NCBI RefSeq assembly: GCF_000011805.1
Contig: NC_006841.2
Length of the DNA stretch: 32,000 nt
Origin: Aliivibrio fischeri ES114
GTDB taxonomy: Bacteria > Pseudomonadota > Gammaproteobacteria > Enterobacterales > Vibrionaceae
Direction: 5' to 3' (one strand)
The position numbers and the translations under genes are program-made. The notes under the pieces were generated by a model that saw only the letters and a program-made list of their open reading frames with translations, had not been told where the DNA came from and made no database searches. The stretch's first letter is position 1. Every line of letters begins with the position of its first letter. Positions 26,799 to 32,000 of the stretch are shown piece by piece.

Positions 26799-28337
26799 TT
26801 ATTTCACAGAATTATCAGACATTCCAATACCACCTGATTTTTGGCGTGGTGGGAAAACTTTCAATGATTTTTTATATTCACCAATCTTTTTCTGTAGTGT
26901 AGGGACTATCCAGGAGCGTTCTTTCATCCATAAGAACCAACCATTAGTATCAACGCTTCGCTCCCATGGATCCGCTTTGATATCTAGGATAATACCAAGA
27001 GGCCATGCTTTTGCTGGTTCAGTCCATTCTGTTTTAGTTTTTAAATGCACTTTCCAATTGTCTACGCGGATAGCATTCAAATCTTGTTCATTGTAATAGA
27101 AGAATTCATGACGCTTGCTTGGGCCTTTTTTAGTTAGCATGTCCATCTGGTTATAGCCATCTAAATGAGCCTTGTATTTTGTTCCATTAATTTCTTTGCC
27201 TTTTAGTAGCTCTTGCTTAATTTTGGTATCACCAGTTGCAGCAGCCATTAAGGTTGGAACCCAATCTTCTGATGTCATAAATCCATCGGTATATTCGCCT
27301 TCAGGTATATGTCCAGGCCAGCTGATCAGCATAGGCACTCGGAATGCTCCATCCCACGTTGTTCCTTTTTGACTACGGAAAGCGGCAGTACCAGCCATTG
27401 GCCAGTGATCAAGGTTAATACCGTTATCAGACGTAAACATGATGATGGTGTTGTCTGTTTCACCTAGAGCATCTAATTTATTTAGTAATACACCTATTTG
27501 GTCATCTAACTCTTTTAACGCATCAAAATATTCGGTGTGACCACTGACTCCTAAATATTCATCTTTTACGTGTATTTGTTGATGCATACGAGATGGATTA
27601 AACCACAAGAAAAAAGGCTTATTTGGTGTTTGCGCTTCATGCTTTTCTAGCCATTGCGTTGTGAACTCAACGTATTCATCATCAATGGTTTTCATTCGCT
27701 CAGAGCCAAGAGGCCCTTTATCTTCGATGCGCTGTTTACCAATTTCCCCCCAACGTGGTTGTACGGTTTTGTCGTAACTCTCTGTGGCGAAGCTGTGAAG
27801 CATATTTCGCGGACGGCCAATAAAGTCAGGGTCTTTGGGGAAATTAGGTTGCTCTGGCATTTCCATTACATTTAAGTGATAAAGAAAACCATAAAATTCA
27901 TCAAAGCCATGAACCGTTGGTAAAAATTTATTGCGGTCGCCTAAATGGCTTTTCCCAACATGTATGGTGTCGTAACCTTTTGCTTTTAACATGTCAGCAA
28001 GAGTGGGGTCTTCTTTTTGTAAACCAATATTAGAGCCAGGTTGACCAACAGTTGTTAATCCAGTTCTAAATGGATATTGCCCTGTAATAAAGGCGCTTCG
28101 TCCTGCAGTAGAGCTTCCTTGTGCATAATAATCACTTACCATCATGCCTCGTTTAGCTATACGATCAATATTTGGCGTGTTAATTGCGCCTAACCCTCGA
28201 TGATAAGCTGAAATATCCATAGGGCTAACGTCATCAACCATTATGGTCACTATGTTCGGTTGAGTTTGTGCTGCATGAGTTCCAAATGAGGTAACGGCAA
28301 GAGCTAGTGCTGTTTTGGCTAACGTTTTTGTTTTCAT
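26799..28337 (-). CDS. Periplasmic arylsulfatase-family hydrolase, Ser-type (formylglycine from Ser)
   Basis: 512 aa with a signal peptide (…GTHAAQT), a metal-binding N-terminus (IMVDDVSPMD), the sulfatase signature region SSTAGRSAFITGQYPFRTG (S-x-A-x-R where C/S-x-P/A-x-R is expected), GKSHLG and TSDNG. Confidence 0.88.
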   Translation of the reverse strand: MKTKTLAKTALALAVTSFGTHAAQTQPNIVTIMVDDVSPMDISAYHRGLGAINTPNIDRIAKRGMMVSDYYAQGSSTAGRSAFITGQYPFRTGLTTVGQPGSNIGLQKEDPTLADMLKAKGYDTIHVGKSHLGDRNKFLPTVHGFDEFYGFLYHLNVMEMPEQPNFPKDPDFIGRPRNMLHSFATESYDKTVQPRWGEIGKQRIEDKGPLGSERMKTIDDEYVEFTTQWLEKHEAQTPNKPFFLWFNPSRMHQQIHVKDEYLGVSGHTEYFDALKELDDQIGVLLNKLDALGETDNTIIMFTSDNGINLDHWPMAGTAAFRSQKGTTWDGAFRVPMLISWPGHIPEGEYTDGFMTSEDWVPTLMAAATGDTKIKQELLKGKEINGTKYKAHLDGYNQMDMLTKKGPSKRHEFFYYNEQDLNAIRVDNWKVHLKTKTEWTEPAKAWPLGIILDIKADPWERSVDTNGWFLWMKERSWIVPTLQKKIGEYKKSLKVFPPRQKSGGIGMSDNSVK

Positions 28338-28623
28338 ATTTATTACCTTGCAGTAAAAATTTATTTATATGGTGTTGTTTAATTTGTGGCTGAGACATAT
28401 CTGTATATTTTCGAACTATTTGTTCCATGCGAACTAAAGTCGAACCCCACAAATAAGCATTCGTCGCTAAAATATAACTTTCTTGATCAAGCCAGTTAGA
28501 CGCTTGGTTTTCTTGAATTTGTTCTGTTGGAGATAAAAGGGTATGAGTTTCTTTTGCATTAATGCTTAAAGAACTCATTAAAAGGGTGGAAATGATTGCG
28601 GTAGAAATACGTTTTTTAAACAT
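28234..28623 (-). pseudogene. Signal-peptide ORF resembling only the N-terminal ~90 aa of a DUF1254 protein. Probably a truncated remnant that still heads the sulfatase operon.
   Basis: Strong RBS (AAGGAG 8 nt upstream of the ATG at 28623) and a signal peptide (MFKKRISTAIISTLLMSSLSINA). ESYILATNAYLWGSTLVRM...INKF parallels ELAYNLGLQAFIYGAGPLTV...LNMM of the 466-aa paralogue. The last 34 codons run out of frame into the sulfatase gene, a 104-nt overlap. Confidence 0.4.
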
Positions 28624-28684
28624 AAATAACTCCTTTATATAATTAAAGGGATCTTATGTTTTTTGGTTTGAAATTATCTCTATA

Positions 28685-28711
28685 CTCTCTATTAAGAATA
28701 TTAATAGAGAG
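28685..28711. promoter_or_regulatory. Perfect 11-bp inverted repeat with a LysR-box core (TTA-N7-TAA) upstream of the sulfatase operon
   Basis: CTCTCTATTAA (28685-28695), then GAATA, then TTAATAGAGAG (28701-28711). It is centred about 75 bp upstream of the ATG at 28623 and 25 bp downstream of the LysR gene stop. Confidence 0.5.
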
Positions 28712-28735
28712 CTGCTATTTCGTTATTAATAATAG

Positions 28736-29644
28736 TTAAATTGAATTTAAAATTTCTTTTGCTTCTTTAATTAGCCATTCAGTTAATGGTTGATTGCGAT
28801 TTGTTTGATGACAAAATAAGGCAATTTTACGTTGATAGCTCTGAGGCACAATTTCATGAGGTATCGGTAAAAAGCGGAAATGAGGTTGCATCAATGCCTG
28901 AAGAGTTCGTGGCATAACACCAACATAATTACTTTCTTTCAGTAAATTTGTCATTAACGAAATATCGCTTGTTCGTAAATTGATTTTTTTCTTTATTTTA
29001 AGATTACGAATTAACTGCTCTGCTTTTGATGGCCCTGTAATCCCTCCAGGAATAAGGCAAATAGCCAAAGGATATAAGAGTACGTTTTCAATTGACGCAT
29101 GCTGCAAAGGATGCTCATTACTCACTACAAAAGCAAACTCATCACCACCAATTTCTTGCTCTAATAGTGTTTTATTTGTCTCCATCGGTAAATAAGTAAT
29201 TCCAAAGTGCTGATGAGGGCTGTTTTCTAAACGCTGTGGAGTATCTCCTGCCCAGTGTGAGCATTGAACGGTTAATTCAGGAGCCAGTAACGTCAGTTTC
29301 TTAATTAACTGTGAACCTAATGTTGGAATTAAAGGAGGGGAAATTAGTAAGTTTAAATCACCATTCAATTGAGATATATCCCATTGAGTATTATCTGAAT
29401 AGAGCTTATCTAGCTGAGTCAAAAGAGCTGGAAGCGTAGCTAATATGTTTTCACATTTGATTGTAGGAGTAAGGTTGTTTTTATCACGAATGAACAAAGG
29501 ATCACCAAATTGGTCTCGTAACTTTTTTAGCATAATACTGATTGTAGGTTGGCTTAAATTCATTCGTTTTGCTGCCAAAATGGTTTGCCTCTCTTCATTT
29601 AGGATGACGAGAAGTCTGAGCAAATTTAGATCTTTGTTCTGCAT
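28736..29644 (-). CDS. LysR-family transcriptional regulator
   Basis: 302 aa with an N-terminal LTTR helix-turn-helix (LRLLVILNEERQTILAAKRMNLSQPTISIMLKKLRDQFGDPLF) and a C-terminal substrate-binding fold of typical length. Confidence 0.9.
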   Translation of the reverse strand: MQNKDLNLLRLLVILNEERQTILAAKRMNLSQPTISIMLKKLRDQFGDPLFIRDKNNLTPTIKCENILATLPALLTQLDKLYSDNTQWDISQLNGDLNLLISPPLIPTLGSQLIKKLTLLAPELTVQCSHWAGDTPQRLENSPHQHFGITYLPMETNKTLLEQEIGGDEFAFVVSNEHPLQHASIENVLLYPLAICLIPGGITGPSKAEQLIRNLKIKKKINLRTSDISLMTNLLKESNYVGVMPRTLQALMQPHFRFLPIPHEIVPQSYQRKIALFCHQTNRNQPLTEWLIKEAKEILNSI

Positions 29645-30120
29645 GGATGTTACCTAACCACTGAGCATTGAAAATAACTAAAGAGAAATATAGCTTGAAA
29701 AAAAAGTGAGTTCAGCAACTATGTGAAAATATCGAGATATTGATTAGAAAATAAAATAGAACGAAAAACTGCTTAAAGTGTAAATTATGTTCTCATGGAA
29801 AATAAGTCTCATATATAAGGCAATCTTCAGCTCTAAGTGAGATCTAGATCGTTGAATTAAATAAAAAGTATATTTAGTCATTGCTTAAAATTTAGATAAT
29901 ATGGAGTGTTTTTGCTAAATATAAAAAAAACTAAATAGATTAAATTTTAAAAAATGTATATTTAACAGATAATTATATTAATAATAACGTTTAATTTATG
30001 AAATAATTTCTATAGAATAATTTTATTATTAGGCATTTTTATTTATTTGTTTGGTGTAAATGCCTTGGGGTGTCAGTGCTTAAAAGCTTATAATGACTAA
30101 ATAAAGGGTTGGTTCAACAC

Positions 30121-31011
30121 ATGAAGTATCTTTTTGAACAAATTTTAAAAAAATATAGAGAGAAGAGCGGCGTTACTCAAGAGATTATGGTTGACTTATT
30201 GAGTCACAATTCTTCGAAGTTAAAAAAATTAGATAACGTAACATTTAGTCGCTGGGAAAGAGGGATCACTATTCCTCCGTTCAAAAAACAAATTGAGATA
30301 TATCAGTTATTAGGTGTCGATCCTATAGATGAAATCATTGATTCAAATATAGAATTACCAAAAGTGGATAATGAGAATTATTTCGCTATTGATTACTATA
30401 CCTATGGTAATAGTGATTTTGTTACGCATGTATTAAATCGAAATACGTTATCCGGTTTAGATTCTGTTCTTGAAGAAATGGAATTAATAATTGATAGTGA
30501 TTATTATTTTAAGCAGTTAATAAAAGCCACTGGAAAAAATAGTATAAAAAAATCAATAGAGTCATTAATGACAAAACTAAATGCTGAGATTATTGTTTGT
30601 AAGTATAAATCTCGATTAATTGCACATTCGATTACGCTTTATGTATCATCAGATTTTTTAAAAGATTTAATGTGTAATGAAATAGATTATACAAAAATAA
30701 AAAATTACGCATCAAATAACCCATTAATAATATCATTCTATGCATCAACTAATGATAGCCTTAAATATATACTAGGCCGAATTTTGACAAATTTTTTAGA
30801 TATACCAAATATAGATTCAAAATTGTATTTTATTTCAGGTGAAAAAAATATACATAAGTTATTTGTTAAATTAAATTCTAAAATTAAATTTAATGAATTT
30901 ATCGATGATAAAAACTATAAGTTATCTGAAGTAACTAAGTTAAATATTAATCACTCAAAAGATGCATTACATTTTCTTGTTGATTTTAGAAGAATGGAAT
31001 ATGAAAAGTAA
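30121..31011 (+). CDS. XRE-type HTH domain protein with a ~230-aa C-terminal domain of unknown function
   Basis: The N-terminus LKKYREKSGVTQEIMVDLLS...VTFSRWERG is a Cro/C1-type HTH. The remainder is Asn/Lys/Ile-rich with no motif I recognise. The ATG at 30121 has AAGGG upstream; the ORF track begins at the TTG at 30109. Confidence 0.7.
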   Translation: MKYLFEQILKKYREKSGVTQEIMVDLLSHNSSKLKKLDNVTFSRWERGITIPPFKKQIEIYQLLGVDPIDEIIDSNIELPKVDNENYFAIDYYTYGNSDFVTHVLNRNTLSGLDSVLEEMELIIDSDYYFKQLIKATGKNSIKKSIESLMTKLNAEIIVCKYKSRLIAHSITLYVSSDFLKDLMCNEIDYTKIKNYASNNPLIISFYASTNDSLKYILGRILTNFLDIPNIDSKLYFISGEKNIHKLFVKLNSKIKFNEFIDDKNYKLSEVTKLNINHSKDALHFLVDFRRMEYEK

Positions 31012-32000
31012 AATAAATATAATATTAGTAGATGATATTGATTTTTCAAGGAAAGTAGTTTCATTTATTATAAAGAAGAATTTTCATGATCAAGTAAATA
31101 TCATAGAAGCAAAAAGTTGTAATGATGTGGTAAATATTTTAAATAAAAAGAATATAATACACGGAATTATAACAGATATAATGATGCCTAATGGAGATGG
31201 CTTAGATCTAATAAAAGTATTATCTGAGAATAATTACCACATACCAGTAGCTATTGTTTCATCAGTAAAAGCGACTATTTTGGAAAAAGTAATGGACCTT
31301 GCTGAAGTCAGTGGGGTTACTATTGTTAATTCTTACAATAAACCCATTTCAGCTGAAGAAGTCATTTCTACCATTGATTTTTTTAATGTGAATAGAATTG
31401 AAGATCGAAAGATGTTGTTTGAAGATGTAAAGCAAAATGATCTTGTTGAATTATATTATCAACCAATCGTTAATTTCGGCTCTCATCGAATTGATGGTGT
31501 TCAGGTTTCTCCTCATTGGAAAAATCAAAAGGCAAGTGCTGTTGCCGAAAGTGTGTTTCTACCAGACATTAATGATATGAAAAATACTGCTGGGTTTATG
31601 AATTTGATGTTCACCCTGCTTGAGCGTGATATCAAGAGTAAGTTTTCTGATTATCGTCATACCTTTCGTATAAATGTGAAGGATATTTTAATATGCGATG
31701 ATGATTTTATTAATCATGTTTTTGATAAAATTGAAAAGGAAACGAAGGATAAGATCATTGTGGTTGTTGAGTTTTCAGAAGATGTTGTGTTACTTGATAA
31801 ATTAACAGAAAATCTGGAAAAATTACTCTCAGATGGAGTTCGCATATCAATTGAATTGGTTGACAATGATATGCAGTACAAACTATTAGAACAAGGAATT
31901 GCTCTTTCTAATATTTGTTTTGAATATAAGAAAAATGTATTTGATGATATCGAGAGGTTTAAAGAACTGCATGGTAAAGATATTCCTATCATTATAGGTA
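31001..32000 (+). CDS. Response-regulator receiver domain fused to a degenerate EAL-like domain (3' end beyond the window)
   Basis: An open frame from the ATG at 31001 to the window edge (333 codons, hand-translated, no stop). It is missing from the ORF track, presumably because it is unterminated. The REC motifs are intact (ILVDD, IITDIMMPNGDG, VSS, NKP). The EAL-type block is LVELYYQPIVNF...GVQVSPHW...FRINV...VVVEFSED...ISIELVDND. It overlaps the upstream gene by 11 nt. Confidence 0.75.
   Translation, partial: MKSKINIILVDDIDFSRKVVSFIIKKNFHDQVNIIEAKSCNDVVNILNKKNIIHGIITDIMMPNGDGLDLIKVLSENNYHIPVAIVSSVKATILEKVMDLAEVSGVTIVNSYNKPISAEEVISTIDFFNVNRIEDRKMLFEDVKQNDLVELYYQPIVNFGSHRIDGVQVSPHWKNQKASAVAESVFLPDINDMKNTAGFMNLMFTLLERDIKSKFSDYRHTFRINVKDILICDDDFINHVFDKIEKETKDKIIVVVEFSEDVVLLDKLTENLEKLLSDGVRISIELVDNDMQYKLLEQGIALSNICFEYKKNVFDDIERFKELHGKDIPIIIG

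Noticed and set aside
20695-29657. Antisense ORFs 20695-20904, 22647-22835, 23986-24207, 27172-27372, 27654-27875, 28980-29195, 29445-29657
   Set aside because: Each lies within and opposite to a gene with clear family motifs (anSME, DUF1254/1214, eptA, sulfatase, LysR). None has an RBS.
29645-30120. The long AT-rich non-coding stretch as a CRISPR leader/array, integron attC site or structured RNA
   Set aside because: It has no regularly spaced direct repeats, no attC-like core pairs and no convincing conserved stem-loops. Only short A/T-rich word recurrences (for example CTAAATA twice) appear, as expected by chance in such composition.
31714-31992. 92-aa - strand ORF at the right edge
   Set aside because: It is antisense to the uninterrupted 333-codon REC/EAL-like frame. 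Its Ser/Asn/Leu-rich low-complexity product is typical of the complement of AT-rich coding sequence.
1-32000. A search for tRNA, rRNA, IS elements, prophage genes and known defence-system hallmarks (nucleases with ATPases, toxin-antitoxin pairs, retrons)
   Set aside because: Nothing I read in the intergenic regions or ORF products shows cloverleaf-type structure, rRNA-like sequence, transposase or integrase motifs, or a recognisable defence-gene combination.

Overview
This 32-kb window looks like gammaproteobacterial chromosome. The gene content (TMAO respiration plus a six-gene TtpB/TtpC/ExbB/ExbD/TonB/TtpD cluster) fits a marine Vibrionaceae-type organism best, but that is inference because no database search was possible. 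All family calls come from motifs read by eye. I found no rRNA, tRNA, CRISPR array, transposase or integrase.

Layout:
(1) 78-3635 (-): torC/torA-type TMAO reductase operon.
(2) 3.8-11.0 kb (+): a Fur-box promoter, a TonB-dependent receptor and a complete TonB2-type energy-transduction cluster.
(3) 11.1-13.4 kb (-): a tightly coupled three-gene operon of two Opp/Dpp-type ABC ATPases and an unknown 159-aa protein. It has no permease or binding-protein gene, and an 18/19 Fur box sits directly upstream. This is my best candidate for something undescribed.
(4) 13.7-19.0 kb: miscellaneous genes, namely a secreted protein of unknown function, a CBS-pair protein, an unannotated 49-aa ORF, a 6-TM membrane protein, a YeiH-family protein and an MFS transporter.
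(5) 19.0-29.6 kb: an envelope and sulfatase neighbourhood. It holds a membrane-anchored EEP-family protein, an anaerobic sulfatase-maturing radical SAM enzyme, a DUF1254/DUF1214-like protein, an EptA/MCR-like phosphoethanolamine transferase with an OmpR-family response regulator and histidine kinase, a Ser-type sulfatase preceded by a DUF1254-like N-terminal remnant, and a LysR regulator.
(6) 29.6-32.0 kb: a visibly more AT-rich segment encoding an XRE-type HTH protein with a large unknown C-terminal domain. Its end overlaps the start of a REC plus degenerate-EAL protein that runs off the window and is absent from the ORF track.

Candidate regulatory sites read from the sequence:
- two Fur boxes;
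- four TGTT(C/G)A(T/A) direct repeats near torC;
- a triple hexamer repeat at 11-bp spacing upstream of eptA;
- a perfect 11-bp inverted repeat with LysR-box architecture upstream of the sulfatase operon, whose half-site recurs in the anSME/DUF1254 divergent promoter.
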